A DNA stretch of 64,000 bases, from assembly GCA_964199315.1 (NCBI GenBank), contig OZ116700.1:10354001-10418000 (forward strand), in the 5' to 3' direction. A program made the translations under genes and the position numbers. Positions 46,101 to 59,791 of this stretch are shown one piece after another. The notes under the pieces are model-generated. The model saw only the letters and a program-made list of their open reading frames with translations. It was not told the origin of the DNA and made no database searches. Source of the DNA: Orbicella franksi. Lineage: Eukaryota. The stretch's first letter is position 1. Each line of letters opens with the position of its first letter.

Positions 46101-49100
46101 GGTGTGTAGTAGTTCTTATTAACCATTGCTTTACCTTGTGTTTTTCTCACTTTCGATGCGCTGTGCTGTTACCATTGACAAGAGCCGCCGACATTTCATA
46201 GGTTTGCCAACTTCTGCGCCAACCGTGGACGTTAAAAATTATCCGAACCCTTGTTCTAAATAAGTAACTGAGAGACTATTAAGCGTCCTAGTATATGACT
46301 CGAAAAATAATAATAATAACCCACTACACACCTGGAGTAGGTGCATGCTGCTGTTCTAAAAAGCTTGGACTCAACACAGCACTCAGCATGATCAAGACAT
46401 TCCGTCAAACTTCTTTATTGTTTAATGATGGATGAGTGTGTCTCGAATACCGCGTGGCTCACTGTGCTTTATAATCTAGAACGTATGTTTGGCTCTCTCT
46501 AGAGACCCTATCCCAACTGAAACTCGTGTTTCTTTACGTGACACTCTCACGCGCCGTTTTGAAAACGGCGCGTGTATGCATTGCTCAGTGTTGATATTGC
46601 GATGTTTTTATTGTCCCGCTAGCAGTGATTTCGAATCACTTCGGCGTCTACTTCTGTATCCAGCAAGATTGCCTTTAGACCTTTTGTGCAATATGATCAA
46701 TCATGTTCGACAGCGTGTAGCTTCTCGTGTAGAAGTAAACAGCGTGTTTGAAGAAAGGAATATGCATGTAGCGCTCGTTTGGGAGTTACGAAAAACGTTT
46801 AAAAACAGTTTAGCCTCCTAGTGGATACGAAATGCTTTGTAACCTAAACAGAGCTGTTAAGTCAGAGTTTACATGATGTATGCTGTAAGGTATTTTATTT
46901 CTTATTTCTCCGCTTTAGGCACGTTTGCCAGAGAGAAACTATTGGCACTAATGAGGTACATTTCGGTGTACACGCCAGGCACCCCTTCGCCTTAAGTTAC
47001 CGTACCGGAGCGGTGTATTTTGGTGGAATAGAGCGGAGTTTTTGGAAATTATCACTTTAAGCTCGGTGAGTCGGCCACGCCTTCATATCATGAGAGCCGA
47101 GTTTACAGAGATACGCTTCTCGACCTTGGATGATTTTTTTCTATAGCATTCCGAATAACACTAGTTGATTTTTCAAGTTTTTGCTCCATTAAATCTGATG
47201 GTTGTTGGAATGTTTTTTGTTTGTTTGTTTGTTTCATTTGCTTAAGATGTGGTTCCTTCTTTTACTGTCTGTAGTTTTTGTGGGCATGTCAGTTTTTTAT
47301 TGCCATAATTCTTTCTTTTTTCGTTATCTGTTACTTTTCGATTATCAGTCTCGAAAAATAGTCGATGTTCTCCTGATTAATAGAAAAAGATTATGTAGCA
47401 ATAATCTCCAATAAAGGCAAACGTAATAATAGCTTCAGTCTTATGCGGAACTTAAAAACTGAAGAATGATCTCGATTTGATGAATTCTATCTTCTTAATT
47501 AAATATCGTTAAAATTGCGGAAATTGCTCAAACGAAATAAGAATGATCACCCGAAGTATCCGGCTTAAATATTCATGATTGAAAACAGGAATTAATTTGA
47601 AAAAATTTTACGCGGAAAAATCCGCAAATACCACATCAAGGTTGTCCTTCTTCTGGCCAAATATTTGCTCCTGATGTAACGACCCTTCTTCAATGTCGGT
47701 TGCTTTCAAGTTTGAAGTTTGTTTGCTTACCTATCGACAAACTATGTTTAACATGGCTTTATTTTCTTAAGAAACAATATAAACAGCCTGATTTTCAAAT
47801 ACTGATATGATTTTTCAGACCAGATCAAAATATCGATTATTATCTTGGAGGTAATTTTCAGAAAAACGTTAAATTTTTAGGAAAAAAATCATCGATATCT
47901 TTTTTTATTGTTTGGCAGTTCATTTGAACCAGGGGTAAAAATTCATATCGCTGCATGTGAATTAAAATACGGGTTCATAAAACCCCCGCTGTGCGCCAAA
48001 AATATTAATTATTTGAAAGACATTTGAGTTCTGAAGACAGCGATGATCTGGATAAACATATTTTATAGTTTCGATGCGTAGTTTTAGGCGTATGAGCTTT
48101 CGTCAATTCTTATCTGCTAAATGATTGCTTGGCCAACGTGCCGATTTTTGGAATTATGCATAAATGAAACATGATTCTTCCAAATTATCTGACTCCTTCG
48201 CTCATCAGAATAAATTGACGCTTGAATATAATGAGAACAATTTCTAAGAGACAAATTCATCGAGTTTTGCGGCGTTATTCGATTGCAATTTTGTTCGAAC
48301 TGTTGCGGACTTTCTTTCAAGAGTAGTAATAAAATCCAATTAGACTTTGAAAGATTCCATAGTAATTTCGAATTAAAATAATTTACTAAAGACGATCAGG
48401 TTGCAGTCAAAATAAAATTTCCCAGTCTGGAAGATATTTGCAAGCGATTGTGGCTATCTCGCAATTACATCAACTTGATAACAAGAATAGCCTCAAAGTA
48501 AAGCTTCATCATTTGTGATTCCTTTGATTTTAACAGTTTCTAACAAAGCGGCGATACCCTGGTTAATCATGCAATTTCTTTCGGAAATTAAGGTCTTATC
48601 ACTCATGCGAGGCGCTACTTTCGAAGCTAAACACTGAGATATTCAGACGCCCGCCATCGGTAGTAAACTTGTCTGCCCTGTGTTCAAAGTGGTGTTGTTT
48701 TCTCTTGTATTGTCTCACTTGCTACGTTATCAATATTTTGCGCCCCACCAGTTTACCTAACTTTACTGTGCGGAATGTCGAGAACAGTAGTAAACAACAT
48801 TGATTCCGCGGTTTCTGAACCAAAGTCCTTGATCTTCGGAATCTCCTATTTAAGTCCCCTTATTTGTTGCTCAGAAGAAAGCAGACCCTTGTAGTAAATA
48901 CGGTATTTATATTTATTTTGATCTTAAGAAAGCTGTCACGGGTAAATATTTGTCTTCATCTTGTAGGCATTGCAGACTAACTAGTAACATATTCACTGTC
49001 AAATGTTATTTGCTATTTGGTTACCGACCGATAATGTATCTTGAAAAGCCGGGTGCTTGAGTAATCAATTTCAATTTCATAGCACTTTACGATATTGCTA

Positions 49101-52100
49101 GTCACGAAGACCAGTGTTAAAGCTTGGGCTATTTTTTTGGCCTCGTTGCTTGCGGGTTTAATTGTATTAACCTGTATTCGCCTTTATTTGTGTTTTCTTT
49201 CCTGTTTTTTTCCTTTATTTGAAATAGCTGGCATTAGAACGCCTTGCTTCGGCGTTAACCACGGTGAGTGAAACTGTATCTTGATGTTCTCGATCAGCCA
49301 AAAACACTAATTCTGAAGTTTCTGTTGTAAGTTCTTAAGCTTTATTTTCGCTCTTCAATTTCATTTGAACATCTTAATTACGGGCTTGAATGGGTTCGAG
49401 TTCAATGTGTTTAGATAGTTCACGCTTCGAGTCCTCGATGGTTTATCTATTGCCATGTTCAAGATGAAAACGTGTAGAGATTGCTAATTAAGTGCAATCT
49501 TCAGCCGCAGCTCAAAACCTAATGAATTCATTGTAAGTCCTTCAAGGCAATAACAATCTGTAAATTCTGAATTACGAGAACCTGCTTGGTAAAATTAATT
49601 TTGTGTGATGACAGATAAACGTAAACATCACTGCATACAAAACCAATAATTTGTTTGACCGCGGCCGAGAGCAATATTTGCCTACGACATGCTCGGGTGA
49701 AAAGTTCAAGAGATTTCGACAACGATTTCGGAACAGAGAGAAGGAACTCTTGTGTTAATTTAATAAAAAAATGCCGGCCTGAATATTTGTTCTATTTACC
49801 TTTGGCCTGCTAAACTTGTAAACTATATGTATTGGGGAATGTCTAAGGAAAAGTTTCGCTGTTGCAAGCAAAGGATTGCCTTTCCTCGCTTCAAACAAGC
49901 TAGTAAACTTCGCAGTATTCTGTGTGAAAGGAAAGATTAAACGAGCTATTCGCCTTGCCTGATTGTCACGAGTCGCACCGCCGTCATTGTAAAATTCAAA
50001 TTTCTTATCGGTTTTGTAATTCTAATTTGTTGACACCATCGTGTATGACTAGCAAGGGGTCGCCATGTGTTCGTTTGTGGTTTTAAGCAAGCCCTTAGTT
50101 GACCGTCTCGTTTCGCATCAGTGCAGCACCAAGCAAAAATATCTGTTAACGCAGGTCTATCCGGGCAGATATTTACTAAAAATCCCAAAGAACTTCCTAA
50201 TAAAATGTTCATCGACACGACGACGCGGCTAAGGAGGAAATGGGAACAGATGCTAGAAACAAGACGAAGAAGAAGTAAGAGAAGAAGGCTATTTTAATGT
50301 CAAGGAAGTTATTTTAAAGCAGTAGTTTTTATATTTAAGCACTCGTGTAATATTCCCGCTGGGAAGTTTGCTTATTGCTCGTTATCTTCCTGTAAATGTT
50401 TTCGTATTATCTACGAAAAGCCTTAACGTGTGGCTTTGCCTTGTAACTAGGCTATAAACTAGATACGTAAAATATGTCCTCATGGCTCCAACGGCCGAAT
50501 GTCGCGTTAAAATAAAATGGTCGATCTTATTTAACTTGCGCGGCATAAGTTTTTACAAGAATTTACACGGGAGGGTTTCAGTCGTCATTATTTTACGAAA
50601 TATCTTCATTGTTTTCTTTGATAAGTGTGCAAGTTAAGCAAAATAGAGACCCGACCGAGAGATCAATCTCGCGCGGCGCTGTGACACCCCGGTTGTTAGA
50701 ATTTAACTCTGTTCTTTGCCATTCCCAAGTACAATTTTCAATTTGCGCCTTTGTGAACATTCTACGTTTGAAAAGGCTGACTCGTTCAGCTATCATTGAC
50801 GGCAGTGTTTTGGCTTTATTCTTTTATTAAGCTTGTTTGAGATCAAAGCGAAGGAAGGAATCTATTATTTACATCGTTTGCAAAGATGAACACAACTTGC
50901 CATCAAAGTTGTGAAAGAAATGACCGATGACTCAGTAACTGTGAGACACCATAAGGTGCCCAATTTTCATTATTAAACAGAGATAATCCTCATTTTGTCG
51001 GAATATTTTTATTTCCACCTAATAAGCCGACGGTGCTAAAGGATAAGAGAGAGAAAACCAGTTAAGAATGTTCTAAATTTAATGAAATATTTATTGTACT
51101 CGGTGTTCATTGATAGTCGGTTCTTCGCGTGCCAAAGCGTATTACTTCATTGAATGGCTTTTCTGAGAGGTACCCTCTTTATAGCTTAAATTCTTCGCAA
51201 ATTATTTCAAAAGATGTTGAGCGTGTAGTGGCTTAGGAGACCTTCTTGCTGGTCAAATGTAACCAGATCAGTGTAATTACTGTTGACTCGCGCTTTGGAA
51301 GATTGCGTTCGACGCGATATCGATCTTAGCTAATTTGGCACAGTGATATCATTTAAACTGAGGTAGTTTTTTTCCTTTCCAGCTTTACACAGATGTAATT
51401 TATCGCTCAAAGGAATATTGCTCTAGTTGAAACAGATGTGTTTTCTTCCGTATTGGTTTACACGCTTTGTTTTAAATATTTGATTCCAACTATTTTCCAA
51501 ACGCATTACTTAATTTGTCACCAAAAAGCTTTCGTAGAAATACTAACCCCTTTGTTTTAATTTAAAATAAAAATATATTGCCTTTACCGCCAATTTTTCT
51601 TGGTGAATTTTTATGGTATATTTAGATTGGGGAAAGAGGCAAAAAGCTCGCAAATTAATATATTGGTAAGCCTGGATTGTATACTTCTGGTGGTCGTCAT
51701 AACAGGCAATTCAAAGGGTGTACACAAAAACACTTGAATCTTTCCCATGTTTTTAGAAGTGCACTCAGTGTTGTTAAAAGAGCTAAAAAATAAACCGTGA
51801 AAACTGCTCTTGTTTGCGCTAATATTCTCTGTTTTTTTTTTTTTTTTTTTATAAAGGATTGAAGAGGGTTTATCATCTGTTCTTTAAAGAATTAATGAAA
51901 AACTGTAATTGTGTTATTTTCTCAAGTGTTTCATTTGAGGCGATGGCTAACTCGACGATTCAAAATATCAGCCTCTTTAGAAGAAAAGGGGTGTTGAATT
52001 CAGAGACCACCTAGCCTCTGTAAAGCCGCTATAGCATAAACAACACGACAATAGTTTCGGCGAGGATTAAAAAGGGCCGGCACCTACAAGATCCGAAAAA

Positions 52101-55100
52101 AAAATGCTTACTCTTCCTTGCAGTATCAAACCATACAAGAAAATCATAGAATCGTGACAAGAATAGAGAACAAAGCTACGCTTGATCTTTAAGTTTAAAT
52201 GCGGCGCGCTGTCCTTAATCAGAAAAAATAGCTTCCCTGCAAGTTCACAGGTGCTTTTAAAGTTATCGCTGATACCTTCTTTAAACAGACCGCGCGTGAA
52301 TCGATAATCTATAACTGTGCAATACTGTGGGGTTGGGACCTTGCCATCGACGTATATCCATGGCCAGCTTTCCTAGCACAATTCCAAACCGAATGCTTGG
52401 TGTTCAAAGTTAATGAAGTTCGCCATGGAGGAGCATCCTTGGTTTGTTTATGTCCTGGGCAGATAAGGGAATGACTCGAAAAGAAAACCTGCGCGGTCGT
52501 GTTATATAACACTTAAATATGTCCTCTAACATAGGCAATGCAAAGAGCATTAAAGCCAGTTAACCCTGAAAAAGGTAAATAAACTTTATGCTGCCCTTTC
52601 CTCCTTACCGATCCTTGCAGTTTGCCCAGTTTTGTTCGAATATTGATAAATTTAAACAAAGCTTTGACAACGCTGCCGATGAAACAGAAAACAACCAACC
52701 CCTTGCTCAAACTTGGTCTGGACTATAAACAGGTTTGCAGCTGACCGAGCGTTAGTTTCGCATGGGGCTCGTTTAGCGGTTAAAAACATCGAATTTCCCT
52801 TTTGTCAGTGTCATTTCTTCTTCAATTTTCCTGCTAATGTGTTTAATTCTTAGAGATTTTAGCGTACGACGGTTTCAAGCCGCTCCTCACGCAGAGGAGG
52901 GCACCCCGCAGGGATTGTTTTATAGCAGCGCACCCTCTCGCATCCATGGAAATGTAATATATCTCTTTAATCAGAAACATTTCCTCTCCATTTCCTTGCA
53001 AGCGGAGTTGCAGTTTATCACAGCTGTTTCGGAAAGGCTTGGATCGGTAAAATTTCCCACCCTAGATATTTTTTAACTTTCCGTCACGCATCTAATATAA
53101 GAAAGAAATTTGCGGAAACAGCAAGTCAAAATAATGATCCACCTGTTAAGAAAAAAAAAATTATCGTTTTTAAAAAGTTCTTTTTCGGATAGTTCATGAG
53201 GACCAAATCATTTTTATACCATAACTTTTTTTAAGAAATGAATTCAGTCACGACAAGTAAAGTGTTTTCCACACGTGTCGTGCTTTGAGATCCTTTGTGA
53301 GATTTAGAAGGCCGCGCGACCATAAATGATGATTCTCTTATCTCGCCGAAATGCCTCGGGATATGTGGTTAATTTGAATACAAGAAGTCTTCGCCGGCTA
53401 CTTTCATGCATTGCTTAGATTTCCACGCGTGTGAGAAATTTGGGCACGTCGAAAGTTTTTTTTTTGTTCATTGTTATTTCGGTAGAATAAAAACTGTGTT
53501 GTGTTTATCGGTACAGATCCGTGTACCGGAATGTAAATTTCATCGGGTAATTTACAATTTTTGACTTAAAAATCACGCGAAAAAAAGCAAGCGAAGGTCT
53601 CGCAATAACAACATTTAAAATTAAGTTAACAGTGTCAAATTTCGTGTCACTTCTGGGTGCGAAAGACCCTCACCTTGTCAGCGTTCTCGAATTTAATCGC
53701 TGACTATTTAACAGAAAGTTTGGTTAACAATAAGCGATGGAAAAAGCTTAATTCGATGTCAAAACACCATAAAGTTCAGCGATGGTTTATATTCCGAATA
53801 AAAACACGGCCCATAATAACAAACAGTTCCTTAGTTTCTCTCATATTTGCCTGCCCATTGGCGGTGCTGATTTGGATTAATAAACTGCGCTGCGAGACCA
53901 GAGTGGCAGACAGCAGAGACAACGATAAAGTAAATAGTGGGAGGATAATGGAACCAATGATAAATACTACAAGATCGGACAAATAATTTTCAGGTTACGG
54001 CCATGTAATCAGTGCAGTTCGACAGCTCAAACCACAGTCCAGTAGTGAAATCGCCTGCCGAGTTCAAGGGAAGCAGTAGGTGACGAAAGTGCCATGTAGC
54101 AATGTCCTTGATATCACCGTAAATCCGAATCTCGAATAAATCGTACGATCCTCAAGGATGCGAAGCCATCTTGATTGAGAAGCGTATAGGTTTCTGACCT
54201 AGTGACCCAAATTTCTTCAATGATTTTATTTACTACTTGGGCCGAGAACTTCACAATTTTGAGCGTCTAGAGACGCTCGATGGTGTTATCCCCATATTTA
54301 CTCAAGGAAATCAAAACAGCCAGATATCCTGGTTAAGAGTTTATTTGCATTGAAGGCGTAGAAAAGACAGTGACACCGCCGCCTTAGCAAATAAATTATT
54401 GTCACAAAATTCATTTTCTTCCGTATTTCTTTGAACGTTTGAAACGGCTCCTGTACAACTGACAAGTTATCGCCCGTTCGTAGAATTATTCAAAATTAAA
54501 GTCAACAAATGCTAGAGGTACTCTCATAATTCTAAAATGGAAGGAATAGATCGACAAAATCCTTTTAGTTGAAAGTGTTCTGCAAATCGCAGATATGAAA
54601 TGAAATTCTCTCCGCGGTAAAGAGATGGCGTTTGACGCCTGACACTGAAATAGAAAGCCTACGCTAATAACAACTCACTAAAGTGTAACTAATGCATTTA
54701 CTAGCTCGTTACCTTACTGTATGGACTTTCATCATACGAAAACGTGCGAAATAAGAATAAATCGAAGAAAAAAATCATGTCTTCTTTTTTCTCTCTCTTC
54801 TGTATTGTAGATAATATATGATTTGGTACAATTCGATTTGTCTGTAGGTCAACTGTTGCCCTGGCTGGAATGCCCAGATACCATATCAAGGGGGCTTCTG
54901 ATTTAATGATTAAAGTAAATATAATACTCAAATATTACATGAAATCTCTATTTGGAGTGTACATCTAAACTTTGTTAATCCCTTTTCTTTTTTTGTATTT
55001 AGTTTTTCTTTCTCCACTAGGATCCAAGAGTAATTCTTACGCGGCTTCATATAAATAAAATCTCTAGGTCGTAGAAACGTTTTGCAGTCATTAATCTCTC

Positions 55101-55112
55101 GCACACGTTCTT

Positions 55113-55997
55113 CTACGAACGTGGTTGAGCATCAAAGGTATGCTTGTCTGGTGGATTCCAGTATGGATTAGTAAAGTGGTGGCCGTGGACTGCGGCTGTA
55201 TGATCAGTTTGTCTGCGACAGCCTACACTGGGCATTGCCACGGCTCCGTACCCACACTGGTTATTCACGGGGTTCTGGATTTGTGTAGAATACTGCGTAC
55301 CTGTGTATGAGCTGACGGGGACTCCAACGGTTGATCCCATGTTCATGTAGGGTGCAACCGCATATCCTGGTGGAACTCTAGACGATTGCGGGTTGCACGG
55401 GTACGAAAGAGGGCCAGCAGGTTGAGCAGTTCGCCAGTTTCCCCCTGCTGCAGGTACACTCTGAACCGGGTTATATGCCGACCACTTTGGAGCGATGAAG
55501 TTTCCGTACGCTGCAGCGCGCGGATCTGTCAACATTCCGTTTGTGTGCTGCAATGTGGGCTGACGGTAGGGCCTCTTCATACGGCGCCGGCGCCTGTAGT
55601 TTCCTTTCTCAAACATGTCCTCGCAGGCTGGATCTAAGGTCCAGTAGTTACCTTTTCTCTCACCGCCGCCTTCTCGAGGCACTTTAATGAAGCACTCGTT
55701 GAGTGATAAATTGTGCCGTATGGAATTTTGCCACCCCTTCTTGTTCTTCTCGTAAAACGGAAACTTGCTGATAATGTACTGGTAAATTCCATTGAGGGTT
55801 AACCGCTTTTCGGAAGACTCTCGAATCGCCATCGCGATCAGCGCGACGTACGAGTACGGCGGCTTTACATTGGGATCTTTCGACGAGACTTCCTTACTTT
55901 CGGCTTTTTCGCTGTCGATTGGACTTGATCCACCGTCTTCCTTCTTCAGCTCCGGCTCGTAGCTGCTGAGTTGCTGCTCGTGGTTTGCCGAGGCCAT
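55113..55997 (-). CDS. FOXL2: Forkhead box L2 transcription factor (intronless, 294 aa)
   Basis: Forkhead domain [99 protein letters not shown] carries FoxL2-diagnostic segments ([25 protein letters not shown]). Confidence 0.97.
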   Translation of the reverse strand: MASANHEQQLSSYEPELKKEDGGSSPIDSEKAESKEVSSKDPNVKPPYSYVALIAMAIRESSEKRLTLNGIYQYIISKFPFYEKNKKGWQNSIRHNLSLNECFIKVPREGGGERKGNYWTLDPACEDMFEKGNYRRRRRMKRPYRQPTLQHTNGMLTDPRAAAYGNFIAPKWSAYNPVQSVPAAGGNWRTAQPAGPLSYPCNPQSSRVPPGYAVAPYMNMGSTVGVPVSSYTGTQYSTQIQNPVNNQCGYGAVAMPSVGCRRQTDHTAAVHGHHFTNPYWNPPDKHTFDAQPRS

Positions 55998-56049
55998 TTT
56001 TCTTGTATTTGACAGAGTTAATTCTGAAGTGTTGGAGGCTGTTCTGTGG

Positions 56050-56515
56050 CAATAATATATAAATTAGAAATTCTAAAGACTGTTTGGTGTTTGTCTTGTC
56101 GATATGACATTTGATTGGCTCTTCTATTCATTATCTATCACTTTCTATAAATATCCTGACATCACGCTATCTTTTGTCCATCGAACCAATCATTATGCTC
56201 TTTACAAAGCGTCAATTGATTCATTTATTTGTCTGGTAGCAATGCGACCACCTACTCTGGCAGCTGCTAGTTGTCCGTTTAGGCCCTTAATTGTTTCTAT
56301 CCATTCACTTTTATTATTTACACCAACTATGCCAAATTTCGTTTACCTTTCTATCAAACACTCACGAGTGTACAATTTTTAACTGCCTTGACTCCTGTTG
56401 TATATTTACACCCAAGGCGCGAAAATATTCTCCCGTTATCATCAAGGAGGAGCGAAAAGTGAAACGCTCTTCCCCACACCCATAGTTAACACCTGGTTCG
56501 CGACTATACCAATCA
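56050..56515 (-). promoter_or_regulatory. Candidate FoxL2 proximal promoter
   Basis: AGCCAATCA on minus (56112-56120), CCAAT on plus at 56186-56190 and 56509-56513, TATA-like AT run at 56051-56063; motif matches only. Confidence 0.4.
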
Positions 56516-59500
56516 GAAAGAAGCAATCGGCAGATGAAGGGTATTGAAAGGCACAAAGCAATTCACATGTTGTCTGGCCCAAGTGCAGGCTATTTAGCTT
56601 TAATTATACGATGTAGATTTTATTTTTTATTATTACAAACTTCCCGCTGTGACTCTTTTTACGCGATAATGCTGCCCCACGCTGGGGTCCTGTACCATGC
56701 AAATGCGCTTTCCTCTTTCTGCGAAAACAACAGGACAAAAACACAAGACAGGAGCGCTTATTTCGCTCCACCTGTGCGCGGCCCAAGAGCCAGACAATCG
56801 AGCCGTGTTTGACAAGAACGCGCGAAACATTTCCAAATTAAGCGAGACAAGCGGACTTCCTTATCACTCAAAAGAACTGTCTTGATTAGAAATGTTCTGA
56901 ATTGAGTCAACGGGTTTCGTTTAAAGCGATAGCGGCGCTTGTTGATAAGCCCAAATACTCATTTTCCCGCAGTCAAGAATGAGCTTAATATTATTATTTC
57001 CTTGGTTTTAATTACAGTTTAGAGTGACTGCAACGTCGTGAAACCCCCCTCAAAAGTAAATATTTCGCCGCTGAAACGTCTCTGAGGCTGATTACAGTAT
57101 TTGCTGGTACTATTAAGGTTTGTGTACATTCCAAATGTTTATTCAAAAGAGTTGTTAAAGATTTATAATTCAGTGTAAACAAACAATTTCCAGTTTGTAA
57201 GGGGCATTTTCATTGAAGTTGACAACGAGAAGACGTCTAAATCTAGTGTAAGGATACACAAAGCTGTGTAAATGTTTCGGAGACATACCACGCTCTTGTT
57301 CACCGGAAATCTGCAGCTGCGGTTCTCCTATTTCTGGTTTAATCACAGAAAGATGGAATTCAAAGGTCATTTTCGTGTTGCAACACCAGATTCATCTCCT
57401 CTGAGCCTTATCAGATCGACGCAAATTGTTTGTCTTTGTAATTGTACGAGGAAAATACGATCCTGTCTCACAAATTTAAAATCTGACCTAAAGTGTGAGG
57501 CAAAAGCCGGCTTTGTTTTCTTCTGAAGGAAATAAAAAAATGACATAAAAAACAGCTGTGCCTTTTTTTTTTCTTGAATGACATTATCAAAAAGCACGCG
57601 AACTTCCTCGAAGAAATCATGCGACAACTCATTAAGTCAAGCAAAGGATGTTATATCTGGGCACTGAGTGAAATTCGATGGACACTGGATCACTGTTAAC
57701 TCGATAAGTTTTTTTCGTAAAAACATGCTAAAGATTCAATTACCTTTTTCTTGTCTTTCAGCTTTCAGCTTAGGAGAATATCTTGCCCTATCTCGATGCG
57801 GCAAAATTTTCCGAAGCTAAGGCGATTCAAACCAATTTATTCCCGTCAGTTAACCTTGAGAAGAACCGGGAAGCTTTTGAAGAAGTAACTGGGGTCGCTC
57901 TGATATTTTCTCCACGGGTTGTGCTCCTACTGTCCTCGCTAGACATAATTGTTTCCAAGCACGAACACTCTGATTGGCCGTGCTTCAATTTATTGCCCTA
58001 TTATTTACATCTGAAACAACAGTTGTCTTGTCTCGCGTGGGACTTAATTGAAATGTGCTTGAAGTAGAAGTTAGTGTATTAATGCGTGCTAAGTCGGATA
58101 AGTCAACACATCGCCGCTCTGCATACGCTTACGAAAGCACATCTTGTGAACTTATTTTCTCCGGTTTTTTTCCCACAATCCGGTCTTGAAAAGAATTGAC
58201 AGAACTCCGCGGAAGTTTATCTGTTAACCTGCTGTTTGTGTTTACTGAACTAATCTAAATTTCACTACAGGACAGTGATTATATATTCGCAACGTTTATT
58301 GCATTTATGGTTTGTCAAGCCCTCCGAGTTGACAGATTTGCCCTTGGCGGGAACGTGATAATTAAGTGACAAGCGTGGGACTTGAATACGGTTTCGTGAA
58401 ATCTTAGCTCGCTTTTAAAATTCCCGAACCATTATCTACTGGCAGAAATCGCTCTCTATGAGGTGAAAAAGACCTTGAGTGCTATTTTCGGCTTTTAGGC
58501 GGATTCGTTTGATCACAGGAAGCTTGTGAAATGTTTATGTATTTCCTTTGTTTTGGTTCCTCAATTGCCAATGTTATGGTTACTTAGGGGCTTGATTCAG
58601 AAACATTATTCCATGGACTTTGCAAGACCTCATTATTTCAATAACACCAAGGTAAAGATCAGGTGTTTGCTAAACGATTAATGAGCGCAAACCTCGAAAT
58701 AGCCGCTGAATAATAGCATTTATATCGACGCCAATAACCGATGGACTGCGGTTGACACTGTTATCTATGTTTCTCGAAAGTTCAAATTAAATGTCAGTTA
58801 ATCTTGTCTGTTGAGTACGGACTCGCTCACACGCAGGGATCTCGTAGACAAAACTGTTGAAAATAATGCCTGTTAAGCTTGTTTGTTTAGACAAGCAAAT
58901 CATCATAGTGTCAGTCAACATGTTACTTTGTCTTTACCTTCGCTTATCAGCCGCCGTTAAACTCCATCCGTTTCTTAGAGCTTTTAAAACGTTCTGGCAT
59001 TCCCCGAGGCTGTGTAATGAAAAGTTTCTCTTGTTTCGACCCCATCAATCACAAACGACCCCTGCCTAGAATCTGCTGAAATTGAGCCTCTTTACCATAG
59101 TGCATTGATCCAAAATCTCGTGACGACAGCATCGATAAATCCTAGCAACCCTTTTTGGCTATGTTTTCTTAACGTTGGAGTTCAAAGAGATTTGTCAATT
59201 GTCAGACCCACGTGTTTGTTCTGGCATATTTACATTTACAGCATTGTCCTTCAATCTTCGCGAACTCTGTCCAATATACTACAAAGACAAACTACGCTAT
59301 AGGCTCTCTCTTGTTTTTTTCTCAGAAATTGATGTCAATTATTCGGGGGTCACGCCGTTTCGAAATCTCCATGTCTTTGAATATTAAACCACGGTCATAG
59401 TAAACACAGATCAGGTAGACCGTGGCGATCCATTGTTTCGACTGAAAACACGAATAATACTCCATCGACCGGTGGATGAATTGCAAATTGAATATTAATG

Positions 59501-59791
59501 GTGGTCGCTGTCTAACGAAAGCCAATGGGCACCTCAGCAAATAAGACTACAGTGCTTCTAAATTGTTTTGATAACTCTAATTCTGTCGTCAATAACCCGT
59601 GTAAATTGAAGCCTAAACAAAGAGTTTGTTTACAAACAGAATTTCCTGTATTTAAATACCTCCATTAACTTCCTCGAAAGAGAGGCATATAGTACATCGT
59701 TATAGTTTGCGCCAAATTTCCTATTTCATATTCGTATGAAACAGATGCATTTTTTGCGCTACCAAAGGCTGTTTAGTGATTTTTGTTTTCC

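Noticed and set aside
46340-46875. Possible solo LTR (TATAAA and AATAAA on minus)
   Set aside because: No matching TG..CA ends with a TSD could be defined.
47600-48700. Coding-like minus frames with stops (e.g. IEEGSLHQEQIFGQKKDNLDVVFADF)
   Set aside because: The nucleotidyltransferase-like spacing is not met and no exon chain could be built; left unassigned.
52309-52710. Two same-frame minus ORFs separated by one stop
   Set aside because: No homology recognised; compatible with chance.
53780-53900. Homeodomain-like motifs (GGATTA, CCCATAATAA) downstream of FoxL2 as an enhancer
   Set aside because: Short motifs only; conservation cannot be assessed from one sequence.
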